Positions 1 to 12,245 of a stretch of DNA of 64,000 bases are shown here, one piece after another (within the stretch, counting starts at the first letter, position 1; every line of letters begins with the position of its first letter). Where the stretch lies: NCBI GenBank assembly GCA_976551045.1, contig CDPCPM010000017.1, positions 248,001 to 312,000 on the forward strand, written 5' to 3'. Made by a program: the position numbers and the translations under genes. The notes under the pieces were generated by a model. That model saw only the letters and a program-made list of their open reading frames with translations. It ran no database searches and was not told where the DNA came from. This DNA comes from Glaucostegus cemiculus. Its lineage: Eukaryota.

Positions 1-249
1 AGATAATTTCTCACATATGTGGGAGAAAGATCACTTCCTCAGACATATCCCACTGAGGACACCAAGACCTGGTCTCCTCCCAGTGTTATGCCCATCAAAA
101 TGTTTCTACATATCACCAAATGGGAGGAGAAAAATATGTAAATACATTGGTACAATACCCAAAATTGCTCCACCATGTCCAAAGACAAATAACGGAAATG
201 AACAGCAAAAAACAATTCTGGTAACAGCTTTGTCAAAGGGTAGCAGACA

Positions 250-1560
250 TTAATGGGAAGGTTTGGTACAATAACTGTTATGTCACCACCAGTTGTCAGC
301 CAACCTCATCGCCAATGCAAGTATCATCCTTAAGCTCAAACCTTTTATCAACCATATGTGAAGCAGAGGTACCACACTGCAGGTGAACTCTCAAGGCAAG
401 CTTTACAGTAATCACCCTGAATAACCCTCAAGGGAACCAGCCATGATAACGCAACACCACATAACAAATGGAACTGGGCTTGACAAGCCAACCCATCAGC
501 ATCTGTTCAGCGGTCATGTATTTCACTCAGACTCCTTTGAAGCTTTTATGTAACTTCCACTTACAGTCAGCTTACTATCCAAGAGTGCCGAAGTACACAC
601 TGACCTTTCAGCTGAGAAGACAGATATTCACAGCTTGCAGAGATGGAAATTACAAACAAATGATAGTTTTCAAACCACACAAATTTGAGGAATCACACAG
701 AAATTCACCTCTTTTTGATGGTGATTGGCAGCTGTGGACTCCCTGGGAGATTCTGTTAAAATCCTTGAATCTGAGCTCGGTGGTGTTCCTTCAGGGATCA
801 TCATAAGGGTATGCTTGAAGGATATCATGGATGAAAGCTTTCTATTGAAGACCAACATGCTGAGTAATCCTATGGGGATTCCCTTGAGCATTGTCAAGTA
901 GAAAGTTCCTTCAGCTAAAAAGGTTTGTGACTGGAGGCCGAGGGTACCACCGAGTTCAAGGTCAAGCTGAATGTGAACAGCAAGGCCAGGGCAGGGTCCA
1001 ACTTGTTTACATTTAAATGAACGCATAAGTCTTGACAAATCTGCCAGGAGGTACCAGAACCTTCTGTTTGTCCTCTTCAATTTGTATCATCAGGATGATG
1101 AATTCACTCAACCATCCAATAACTTATCAGCTTACTCAGCTATACCTGGGAAGTGAAAACCAGCTTATGACAGGTCCACCCTGACAAAATAACACAGCAG
1201 AAAGCAGCCAATGAATCTCTTTACAGTATACCCATCAAAAAGATATGGAGACAAATGGAAGAGGACTAATCACACTAAATATTAATCAAACTAATTTTCA
1301 TCATATCTATTGATACAACGATATATCTACCTTGGAAAGATTGTGTAAGACACAGGAAAGTGAAGCAGAACAAGGCAGCCTTCATTACAATATTCATAGC
1401 CCCACTTAAAAGCTTATAGCATGTATGCCCAATAGCATGAATCAAGTGCACGAGAACCTAACAAGCTAACCACTTTAGAACAAAATTAACACCACCATGC
1501 AGGGGTAGACATCAGTGGAAGCTCAGAATTTGTAACACTTTGCCCTGACCAAGAATGGCT
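250..1560 (+). mobile_element. Very degraded non-LTR retrotransposon RT fossil (possibly Ingi/Vingi-like)
   Basis: Short, frameshifted motif echoes in the expected order: LSANLIA, KPHKFEESHRNSPL (cf. KP..SYRPISLL), ESSF-SAKK, VPEPSV..LFNLY (cf. VPQGSVLAPLLFNIY), KINTTMQ..ISG. Confidence 0.3.
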
Positions 1561-4151
1561 GCAGAATATTATTACTTGAGCCAATAAATTGGTCAGATTT
1601 TCATCCAGGCTTAAGTCAACTTCCTGCTCACAAATATTATTTTCATTTACATTGGTAACTTCAAGGCAAAGAAAATCAAATGGCCAAAATGCAGCTAGTT
1701 CCAGTTACTTTAGTCTTTATGTTTACAAGTTGATAAAAGGTGGATATTGTATTCATATTTCTGTCAGCACACTAATTAAACTTCACTGAACCTTGCAGCT
1801 GAATAACAAGGAGTGAGAACACTGGACAATCTTCTTCATAACTCCTCATCTGTAAATAGATGACTATTCAGTAATAGTGGAGATGCATACTTAGACTCAT
1901 CTTCTCAGGCTCAGGGTCAAAGATGACTTCCTTCCATGAAGCAGGAGATACCTGTATGCAGTTTTCTTTTAACATGGGGTGGCATTTGCACACCAGCTAA
2001 CACATGATGCTGGTCCAATGGCAAGGTTATCCAAGACAATTGGAGACCAGGCTCCAGTTCATGGACTTGGCACACTCACAGTGGCACACACACAGATACT
2101 GACTCACACTGCCACCAAACATGGACACACAGTATCCACATATACAACCATCCCTTCACTGTCAATTGTAACAAGAGTCTTCAGTGTTGGCAAAATACTT
2201 AAGGGATTGTCATCACATTTCAACAGGCTGTCTCCATTTTCCATTTGTGTGGTTGACAAAGACCATTAAAGCAATAATGACTGGGGATGAACATATCTGA
2301 AAGAAAGAACTTGACAGCGGTATATTCCTCACAAGAGACTGGGATCATTCAGGCAACTGTAAGAGATCCCACAGAGCAGTGCCAGGGAAAAATGGACAAA
2401 ATTGCAGATTCTCAGAACCGTGAAATTTCACGGCACAGAATTTGGCCACTGTATCCACACTGACCAAAACAGCAACTACCGTGGCTAATCCCACTTCCCA
2501 GTCTTCAATCTCCATCCCTGTAGGTTCTGTCATTCCAAGTTTTCAACCTGCATTTTTTTCTTATAACTACCATGAAGGTCTCAGCTCCTGCCAGCCTCTT
2601 GGGTCATGGGCCCTGGCATTCTGGGTGAAGGTTTATCCCTTCAGCTCTCTGCTGATTCTTCCTACTCATTCACTGCTTGAAATCTGTCCCTGGTTTCCCA
2701 ACCAAGGGAAATAGCCCCTTCCTTTTCACCATGTCGACGTCACACCCAACTTTATGTGAGAGAGCGAGAAAGAAAGCGAGGAGATGGCCTCACTTTAATG
2801 TCTCAATAAGCAGTCACAAAGGGTAGCCGTGACAATGATGTGACTTGAGTCTTCCCTGATTTGTTAGTCCTTCTCCACAGCTCAGCGGTTTCAGGGAATT
2901 TTGAACCCGGCGTTTTCTGCTCCGTATGCCACTCCAAGCTCCACCTCCTGAGGTCCTCCAGCTTCTCCAGTTGCCCGTCCCGCACCCTGGTCAGTGGAAT
3001 TCACCTTTTAATTAATGTTGTGTCCCCACTGACTCCTGCAGGCTCAGTGAAAGGCCACAGCTGAGTGGGGCAGACTCGGCCTCCTTGCACAGATCTGGAA
3101 AAAAATTTCAGGCCATTCGGCCCATCTGGTCAATGCTCGTGATATTCACCACTCAGCCTTCTCCATCCACCCACCATCGTAACTCCCATTCCCTCCTCCT
3201 TCATGCGTTTGTCCAGTTTCTTCTAACGTGACTCTCGGCCCATTTCTGTAAACAGTCAGCTTGGCCGAGACTAACCCAGGCAACAGCATACACTCTGTCA
3301 CAGTGACACCCATGAGTAAACAAGGGCCCTGACTAAATCTTGTGGAATTAGGTATAAAATATTTTTAAGACACTACATGTGCCTGTGATTGTGCCAGTGC
3401 AGTTCGAGAAATAAAATTCAGAGGGAAATCATGCTGCCAATATTGAGCCTCTTGCTGTTTATAACGGTTGATATTCCTGACTCTCTCAGGAGCAGCTAGT
3501 TCTCAGAAACTCTCCAACACAGTTAACACCACAATTAATGTCACGGGACACAGCACACACACCCTGTGATTGAGTTATGGGAAGGGGAAGAAAGTGGAAA
3601 CGAAAGTCATGCATCATTTCACAAACATTTGCACACAGTGGTGCAGAAGGACTGTTGAAGGTTTGCATGAGGATAATCTGAATGGGCTGAATGTCCTCTT
3701 TCCTCCACAACTTGTTATACAAGGCATATCACATGAGATAATAAACTAAAGCTCAATGCAAGTATGTATATATAGGAGTATCACTTTCTTTTGAAATGCA
3801 TTTTAAATTTGAAATGATCTTGATTATTGTTAGAATCATCAACAACAATACCATCCATAACAGGAGTATGTATCCATCAGGGTTATGTATTTAACATATG
3901 GTTAAACTCATAGAATCGTACAGCATGAAATTAGGTCCTGTGGTGCACAGATCCCACACCAATCAGCAAGCAGCCATTTCCAATAATCCTACACTAATCC
4001 CATTTTGTTCTTCCCACATTTCCATTAATCTCACACCCCCACGGTGATTCTACTACACATCTACATATTAGGGGCAATTTATAGTGGCCAATTAACTACC
4101 TAATCCACACGTCTTTAGGACATGTGAGGAAACAGGGGCACCTGGAGGAAA

Positions 4152-4428
4152 TGAAAATCAGAACACTGCAGATTCTGAAAATCAGAAATTAAAACAGAAA
4201 CTGCTGGAATGTTCAGGTCAGGCAGCATCTGTGGAAAGAGCACAGTTAACATTTCAGGTCCCCGATCCTTCTTCAGAAATGGGAAAGAGAGAAAAAAGGT
4301 TGGTTTCCAGTAGCACAGAAGGTGGGGGCAGGATGGGTAGAACAAAGGGGATATCTTGACAGGGAGAGTACAAATGAGTTAATGTAGCAGTTAGAATAGC
4401 AGCTAGGATCAGATTATGTTTTTTTTAT
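4152..4428 (-). mobile_element. Penelope-like element 3' terminal-repeat fragment with 12-bp TSD
   Basis: Matches the end of the GIY-YIG-bearing copy at 29550-29760; flanked by ACCTGGAGGAAA at 4140-4151 and 4429-4440. Confidence 0.8.
4243..4281 (-). ncRNA. Minimal type-I hammerhead ribozyme motif (Penelope-associated)
   Basis: Minus strand reads CATTT-CTGAAGA-aggatcggggacct-GAAA-TG-TT-AACTG: intact CUGANGA and GAAA, stem II agg/cct, stem I with one mismatch, loop III ATGT (probable CpG decay of ACGT). Confidence 0.6.
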
Positions 4429-5392
4429 ACCTGGAGGAAACCCACATTGTCACAGGGAAAACATGCAAATTCCACACAGACATCAGGATTGAACGTGACT
4501 GCTGTGAGGCAACAGCTCCACCTTTATATCCCTCTTTCATGAGACCAAGCTCTGGATCTCAAGCTCATGTGCTTAAGGCATTTAACATTGGCTGTGTTTA
4601 ATCTACAGCCATGCTTTATCACATTAGTCTGTGCATCGAGGCTGTAAAGACATGGGTATGTTTGTCACATCATCTCATTGGAGTAAAAGCAAGAATGATA
4701 ATGCCTTTCAGGAGCCAATCCACCCATCTCTCTCATCTTCTAGTATAAATCCTTCATTTTTGATCAAAATGACAGAACAAACACCTGGTTGAAGAATGGA
4801 AATACCTTGTTGCCCCCACTTTTGAAGCAAACTTTAAAAACAAGTACTTGTGGCATGGTCTTTATCAGTGAGGTCATGTTTCAAAATAGATACTAATAAC
4901 AGCACTCCGAAAACTGTCCCCACCCTTTCAATTTTAGATGCACACCACAGGACCAGCTAACATCACCATTGTACTTTTATGCCCACTAATTTTACACGTA
5001 TATGAGTATCCAACCAATAGATCAATGGGATTCTCACAGATTTTTGCATTAGATCTTCTGGCCTAATTCTTTTCCTGATCTTCTCAACATTTATGTAAAT
5101 AGCTGTCCTCACAGAGAGCAACATTTACATTCAGTTGGACCTTAACATTTGTGAATGAGCCTGGAGTCAAACATAACTGAGGGCAAGATTGTGCTCCCTC
5201 TCGATATTTTTTTACATAAATACAAGGATTCAATGTGCAGTTAACAAATGGAATATGACAGTTACAGAACAACAGCACCAAAGCATCTACACTTCATCAC
5301 AAGCTTGTGCAAAAATAGCAATCATCCTATCAGGGCGATCACAAGGGATTATTTGTATAGGAATTGGAAGGGATCACACTATTACCGATTTT

Positions 5393-5680
5393 AGATATCT
5401 TTATTAGTCACATATACATTGAAACGTACAGTGAAATGTGTCTTTTGTGTAGTGTGTTCTGGGGTAGCCCGCAAGTGTCACCACATTTCCGGCACCAAAA
5501 TAGCATGCCTACAACTTCCTAACCCGTACGTCTTTGGAATGTGGGAGGAAACCAGAGCACCCAGAGGAAACCCACGCAGACACGGGGAGAATGTACAAAC
5601 TCCTGATAGACAGCAGCTGGAACTGAACCCGGGATGCTAGCACTGTAATAGTGTTACACTAACCGCTACACTACCTTGCC
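5393..5680 (-). mobile_element. tRNA-derived V-SINE, young family (tail ...catgtgactaataaaga)
   Basis: Head (ggtagtgtagcggttag...gggttcagttcc), V-domain GGGTTTCCTCTGGGTGCTCTGGTTTCCTCCCACATTCCAAAGACG; similar copies at 19049, 22485, 24997, 46539, 49062 and 52317. Confidence 0.9.
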
Positions 5681-6589
5681 TGATCACCTTCACATTAAAG
5701 TAAGTGAATGAAGCAAGCCTCATCCGTACCTGTTCATTTTACACCTGCCTGACCCACACCCTGCAGAAAAAGATCAAAATCCTGATTAACGAAGCCTTTG
5801 TGTGAATTCTGAAAGGCTTGGTACCAGTCTCCTCTCTCTAATAAGTTGATGGATACGGAGTTCAGAGAATCAAAGAATGTTACCAAGACAGAAAGCCATC
5901 TTATCTTATCTTATGCAGACATGCTGGCTCTCTGCAGCAGCGAAGCAGCCACTCGCCAACCCTGCCCCTGCAGACACAAAGTTCTGCAGATGCTGGAATC
6001 TGGAGAGGTGGCAAACCTCTTCAAAAATCGGCATACCTTGAAGATGCAGGATTTTGACCTGAAATGTCGACAATTCTCTTCCCCCTGCACAGCTCCTCCA
6101 GTAGATTGCCTCTTACCTTGTAGCCCTGTATTTAGGACTAGGATGGATACAATGGAATAACTGGCCTCCTCCTGCCCTGTACATTTCTGAGAGTCTGAGT
6201 AAGTTCCAATGGCACTGAAGTTACCGATCTACCACAATGCTATCAATTTAGAAAAGTGACACACAAGATATTGCATCTATCAGACATAATAATTCAGCCT
6301 CCTTGGGTCAGCCTAAATTTGCTATCACCTGTTTAGTTTGGACTTTAAATGCCACACTCTGGTCTGCTCATGCACATGCAACAACAGGCTTTTTGAACGT
6401 AGGTGTGGTATGTTAAAACTAAGTCAAAACCGAGGGCTAAACGTTGAGTGCATTTGTGCCTATTTTTATGGGTAAACTGCATATAAAATACATTGAAATT
6501 TCAATTCACACCATAATACTTGCCTCCCAGCTAACAGTAATTGATTCTGGTTTTTAAGATTATGCTATGGACTGCATAAAGTACTGTTT

Positions 6590-7260
6590 TATAAGTCCAG
6601 CTCGTTTATTGCCTCTCACCGCTGAGCCACAGTATCAACACAATCCAACTACTTTCCATTGGAAGTCACGTCCATCACGAAAGTGGACCTGGAAGTTCTG
6701 GGCATGATTCACCCTGGTGCATGTGTCATTTTGCCCAGTGCCATTCACCCGAGTGATGATATCATCAATGTGTCCAATGCTCATTTCAGCGTTACAAATA
6801 ACAATGCAACCTACTACCTGTGTTTTCCACTCACAATAAAACAAATGACATACTCTTCAACAGCAGCTAAATTGCTCCTGCTGGGGCATTGATATTTTGC
6901 TTGTTGCTTGTGTTGGCCTGACTGATAACTGTCATGTTTGTATTGGCAATTGTTTCTCTGTTGTTCCAAACTGAGAGCCTGCGCCTTGCAATCTGTGGGA
7001 ATGATCGCTGGAAAGCAGTGGGGGGAAAGAGTGGGGTACAGATACTTAAAAAAAAATGTGTCCCACTATCACCCTCAGCCACCACCCATTCTTCCTCACC
7101 ACCATGGCAGCATTATGCAGCACACAATTGTTGCCACAGAGAGCCTTAATGCAATAACTCACTGCCCAGCAGTCTGTTCAGAATGGCACTGCAAGCTGTT
7201 TACAGATACCACCAGGAAATGCACAAGATCATTCAAATAAAGGAACAAAAAGGTGCAAAC
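6590..7260 (-). mobile_element. Degraded PIF/Harbinger transposase fossil
   Basis: Minus-strand fragments in HARBI1-like order: FLYLNDLVH, Q*VIALRLSVAT (cf. QVLIALRFYATG), INAPAG, VICNAEMSI...RVNGTGQND (cf. VICDA.M.I..V.ARWPGS.HD). Confidence 0.45.
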
Positions 7261-7559
7261 CGCACCAGCCATTTTTAAAGGTATATTTCAGCAAGTCGTC
7301 CCATCTTTTGTGGGTCTGCCGATTAGGCTAAACACAGCACCTGCTTAGCACACCAAAAATAAATGAAGTCCAACTCAGAGGCACGTAACAAAAAATCTGC
7401 TTTACAAAATGGTGAACAACCCAGAATCTGAACTTTGGATTCAGAAAAATTAAACTTCCAATTCACACTTCCAATTCACACCATAATATTTGCCTCATGG
7501 CCAAGTGTAATTGATTACTGTTATTAAAGTTACCCTATGGACTGTATAAAGTACCAGTC

Positions 7560-7980
7560 TGTTGACAGCACTCTGACTTCTGAGTCACAAATTCTGGGTT
7601 CAAGGCCTAACTTGAAGTGAAGAACAGAACTCAGACCAACAGTCCCAAATAAAAGTGAAAGAGAACTACCCAGCCAGAGGCATCACACCTCACATGAGAC
7701 CCCACTGACACCCCAGTTCTCCATGCAGATGCATGTTAAAGATCCACCACTTTTTACTAACAAGCACAAGGATTCTCTCATTATTCTCACTGGTATTCTA
7801 CCTTGACTAATAGCACCAAGAACATACTATCCAGTTGTGCATTTCATGCACTGTTTTGGGAAAGGTCCCAGGGACAAGTTGACTGACAGTGCTCAAAAGC
7901 TGCTGCTAATTACACTGGGCTTTTATTTATATTGGCGCATCCTCAGCAAATGATCAGGCCTCATGTAAATACCAGTTTTC
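7560..7980 (+). mobile_element. Old Deu-domain SINE (SacSINE1/AmnSINE-like)
   Basis: Head agcactctgacttctgagtcacaaattctgggttcaag; Deu-like core gatgcatgttaaagatccaccact...gattctctc...tattctaccttgactaatagcacc; tail taaataccagttttctc. Confidence 0.55.
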
Positions 7981-8362
7981 TCAGTTGCAAAGCTTAAAGA
8001 TGTGATTTTACCAACTCCATGTAATGAGAGAATCTATTTGTGAATATTAAATTAAGACAGGGTATCAAATGCCTATATCAACATCATAGCCAGAATAGTG
8101 AATCTGAGAAATGATTAATATGGCTTTGAAGTTTGAAACCATGTGGTCTAATATTAATACAGAAGTGCAAATTGGATTTTTACAGAGTTGTTTTGTGCCT
8201 TAATTTAACAGTGACGCGTAACTCCAAGTTTGAAAATGATGCTTGGAAAACGATTGTGTTCTTTTGTAATTCATCAGTTGAAAGACTTGGGAGGTTGTTG
8301 GAGCAGAAGGCTGCAAGAGATGGGAACTTCCTCAACTGATCATTGTTGCAAAGGTTGGTTTG

Positions 8363-9019
8363 CAGGTTATCAAGAAGGCAAATGGACTTTTGGCCTTCAT
8401 TGCTTGGGGGATTGAATTTAAGAGCAGGGATGTTATGCTGCAACTGTACCGGGTACTAGTGAGGCCACACCTGTAGATTTGAGTGCAGTTCTGGTCTCCA
8501 TACTTGAGGAAGGATATACTGGCTTTGGAGGTGGTGCAGAGGAGGTTCACCATGTTGAGTCTGGAGATGAAGGGGTTAGCCTATGAGGAGAGATTGAGTC
8601 ACCTGGGACTATACTCGCTGGAATTCAGAAGAATGGCAGGGGATTTTAAAGAAACATAGAAAATTATGGAAGGGATAGATAAGGTAGAGGCAGGAAAGTT
8701 GTTTCCACTGGTAGGTGAGACGAGAACCAGGGGACATAGCCTCAAGATTCAGGACAGAGATGAAGAGGAACTGCTTTTCCCAGAGATGAGAGAATCTGTG
8801 GAATTCTCTGCCCAGGGAAGCAGTGGAGGCTACCTTATTAAGTACATTTAAGACAGTTAGACAGACTTTTACATAGTATGGGGATTAAGGATGATGGGGA
8901 AAAGGCAGGGAGGTGGATCTGAGTCCACGTCAAGATCAGCCATGATCTGAGTGAATGGTGGAGCAGGCTCGATGGGCCAGATGGCCGACTCCTGCCCCTA
9001 TTTCTTATGTTATTATGTT
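8363..9019 (+). mobile_element. CR1 LINE 3' fragment
   Basis: KKANGLLAFIA..GIEFKS.DVMLQLY..LVRPHL and GETRTRGHSLKI motifs, CR1 3' UTR and (ttatg)n tail. Confidence 0.9.
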
Positions 9020-11456
9020 AAATGTTTCTGTGAAGAAATGCTTTCTTGTCCATACTTCCTATGATTATGTTACTTCCAAATGGCTTTGTGGGAAAAGCAG
9101 AGAAGGAGATGCATTGATAAGGCTGCCACATAAAGCGACCAGAGGAATTCTGTCCACTGATACTCTTATAACTCTTTCATTTCTATCTGATACTCTGCAG
9201 ATTTCACAATGTATCATTATCACGGGGTTCTCATTTTTTTTACCTCATCAACTGTAAAAGCAAAGTAGCAACGCAAGTTTAAAAACAAAACAAAGTTTTC
9301 TTTAGTATAACACAGGGCAGGTGCAAAAGAATTGCAGGTAGTAATCCAGGTAAGTAGCTTGAATGGCTAACAAACCAGTTAATTTTTTTTCCTGCCTTAT
9401 AATTCTCTTCTATCCTAGTGCTTTTTATTCTACGAATCACAGAATTGGCAATGCGACAATACAAGTCATGGGACACTATATATATTTTAGTTCCTACGTC
9501 AAAGTCTTCTTTTATTGCTCTGTCGGCTGGGACAGGTCACCTATTATGTGCTCATCAAACCCACTCTAAAACTGCTTCTTTTGAAAACATACAAATATAG
9601 AATAAGGAATACTAAGTGTCTGATAGTAAAGTTATGGCACCGATTCCATCTTAGTTCTACCAATGTCCATATCTTCATTGGTTTTTTTTGCTCTCATAAT
9701 CATAAATGTCATTTAAATTGCTCAGTTGAATTCTTGCCTTAAATACAATTGCCAGCTTAGATGTAGACCCCCGAGTGTAATGCTGTAGTACCAGTGTGTT
9801 AATGGCAGTACAATAAAGGTCAGACACAGCACACAGCACTAAAGCTACAAGCAATGAGAAAACATCCACCAGCAAACAATACCATACTTGTTATAAACAG
9901 AGGAGAGGGTGGAATCAACTTTATCAAACCAGTCTGTATTTCCATGCTGCCTTGTTATGCTCAAAAACATTTCTTTTGATTAACCTCCTGAAGTCTGAAT
10001 GTAGATTATCCAGTATCAAGCACAGGGCTTGATACTGTGAAATGAACATGTTTCTTAATGTATACTTTCTTCTCCAAATGACAAAATAATGCAAAAGTAA
10101 CCAAAGCAGAACAACATTTAGACCACATTCTAGAGTATCCATTATTTGTTAAACTATACAGTGACCCATATGCTCACAGCTGACTTGGGTCAGCAGAAGA
10201 ATTTAGTTCAAACTGAGGGCTGTCTACTGTAGAAGCTTTAAACATTGAGGGCACAACAGAAACATATGTTTGAATTTTCTAATATGCCTACTCATGCACC
10301 CTCTCCATGACCCGTAAAGATTTGGTTAACTTTTTCATGTATTTCTAAATACCGGTCACCTCCATGTGAAAAGAATTATTGTACATCAAATCAAAACCCT
10401 TCTCTGACCTATCAGACACAAACAACAGAATGAATACAGGTTGGCAAAACCTCATAGCTAATTATTTTGCCCAAGATTAGTGCGTTTTATAGTGGCGTAA
10501 TAGAGATAATCCCTTCGTACTACAAACAGTAATTACTGACTTGTTTCCTCTTGTGCTTTTCACTCTGAGTCTAACTTATATCTATCTTTTGATACAAAAT
10601 GTTTCCTTTCTCATCTCCTAATATCCCCAGAATTCTTCTTACTCCAGGTATTCTTAAAAAGCACACTTTATTTGCATAATTAAATGATTATTTATCAATT
10701 GCAATACAAACAGTTCCTTCCACATGTCAAGGAACACAGAATGTAAATATGAAACTCATTATTTAATAAACTGCGTTCTTTTAGATGTTTACAGGTCTAT
10801 GGGAAATGGTTTGTGGGCTTGCATACCATTCGTTACTTAAAATTGCGTTTTATAAAGAATTTCCTCTGCTGCCTATGAAAATATTTATTTTCCCTGTCAG
10901 GTGTGCCACAGCTTTTTTTTTGATATCTTACAGCTGTAGACTTGACTAATGCTTCTCTAATTGGTATTTCAGATGAAGGAGATTTCAAACTAAAACACAA
11001 TAACATATTTCTATAATTTTCTTTTTGCGTTCTTGCAACTCTTGCGGCTATCACAGCGACAAACACAGACAGCCCATTACGAAATCTTTAAACATAACTT
11101 AGGCAAAGAAGTGTGTTACGTGCCGGGGAAATATCCCTATATGAAAGACAATTTTATATATCTTATGCAATCCAACAAGTCTCGAATAAGTCTTGTTAGA
11201 AACAACAGGGTCACTTATATCTACAGAGACCACAAGTCAACTCAACAGTGATTAGATCCCACATTCTAAGTCCATAGAAATAAAGCGGCGACCAAATGAA
11301 ATCTACAAGGCACCCTTCAACTCAGCAGCGGCACAAGTGAATGGTCCGACAACAGTTTTGTCAGCAGCTTTGGCTTCTCGCGGAAATAATGCGGCGACCA
11401 ACCGAAATTTGTGGTGGTCCAACAACAGTTTTAGGAACAGTTTGGCAATGCCTTAC

Positions 11457-12245
11457 CTGGTCCCTCTGAATGCACGGTAGCGATGTCCTGCGGTGGGGCT
11501 TGGAGCCCAGTTGACTGTTAGGCATCTCGGCGGCAATGACCGAACTGGATCTCCTCCTTCGCTTGATGACAGGGACTTTGTCCTCGGCGGTGGCCGGCGG
11601 CGCTCCCTGGGGCAAGATGCGCACAGCGTACCTGGCCAGCATCACTCCCAAAATACCCATCAGGTAAGCCAGGAAGGGTCTCCAGCTGGCCCGCACCCGC
11701 TCCAGGGACAGCAGCGACACGGTCCTCAGCAGGCTGGTGAAGAGGATGGTGCACACGCCCTGGCTCACCCGCAAGACCATGAGGGTAGCGGCGGCCAGGC
11801 AGCTCAGCAGCACCACGGTAGCGCCGAACGACAGCAGCTGCTCCTCGCCCACCAGCAGCGCCTGCAGCAGGGTCTCGGCCAGCGAGCAGGCGGCCAGCAG
11901 CCGGGGGGCGAGCTCGCCCCTGCCGCAGCCCGTCAGGTAGAGCGCCAGCCAGAAGAAAGCGCTCATCAGGCTGAAGAGGGGCAGCGCGGAGTGCAGCAGG
12001 GTCAGCAGCTCGCCACCCAGCCAGCGCAGCAGTGCGCCCAGCACCACCGACAGCGAGGCGACCCCGGCGGCCGACGACAGCAGGCGCCCGCTGCCCGCCA
12101 GCCCGGCCCACGCCGCCGGGCAGCCCGGGTCGCGGCGCAGCGGGCTCGCACAGCCCCGCACGTAACCATTGCGCTCTCCCCCTCCCCTGTCGGGCTCGGC
12201 GCTCACTTTACTCCGGGGCGAAGCGGGCTGCAGCCGTGATGCCAT
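11457..12245 (-). CDS. PDE3A: cGMP-inhibited 3',5'-cyclic phosphodiesterase 3A, first coding exon (N-terminal membrane-association region and phospho-motifs)
   Basis: ATG at 12245-12243 in strong Kozak context (A at -3, G at +4). Translation matches recalled human PDE3A exon-1 blocks: LFSLMSAFFWLALYL, RTVSLLSLERVRASWRPFLAYLMGILGVMLARY, KRRRRSSSVIAAEM, HRRTSLPCIQRDQ. Ends at CAG|GTAAGG (intron starts 11456, phase 0), where similarity to PDE3A exon 1 also ends; the ORF-track extension to 11361 is intronic read-through. Confidence 0.92.

Larger units (their letters stand above)
3905..4525 (-). mobile_element. HE1-type V-SINE with CR1-like tail, interrupted by a Penelope fragment
   Basis: V-domain remnant (gaggaaacaggggcacctggaggaaa..cccacattgtcacagggaaaacatgcaaattccacacaga) split at 4152-4428. 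Confidence 0.7.
1..11456 (-). other. PDE3A: PDE3A intron 1 (partial; exon 2 not recognised in the window)
   Basis: Begins at the GTAAGG donor at 11456. No PDE3A exon-2-like sequence recognised downstream; the region is AT-rich and repeat-laden. Confidence 0.8.

Noticed and set aside
11361-11456. C-terminal extension VRHCQTVPK... of the PDE3A ORF
   Set aside because: Lies past the canonical CAG|GTAAGG donor where PDE3 similarity stops, so it is intronic.
11457-12245. Calling the gene PDE3B
   Set aside because: Despite two 3B-like motifs, the membrane segments and the RRRRSSSV and RRTSLPC motifs match PDE3A far better.
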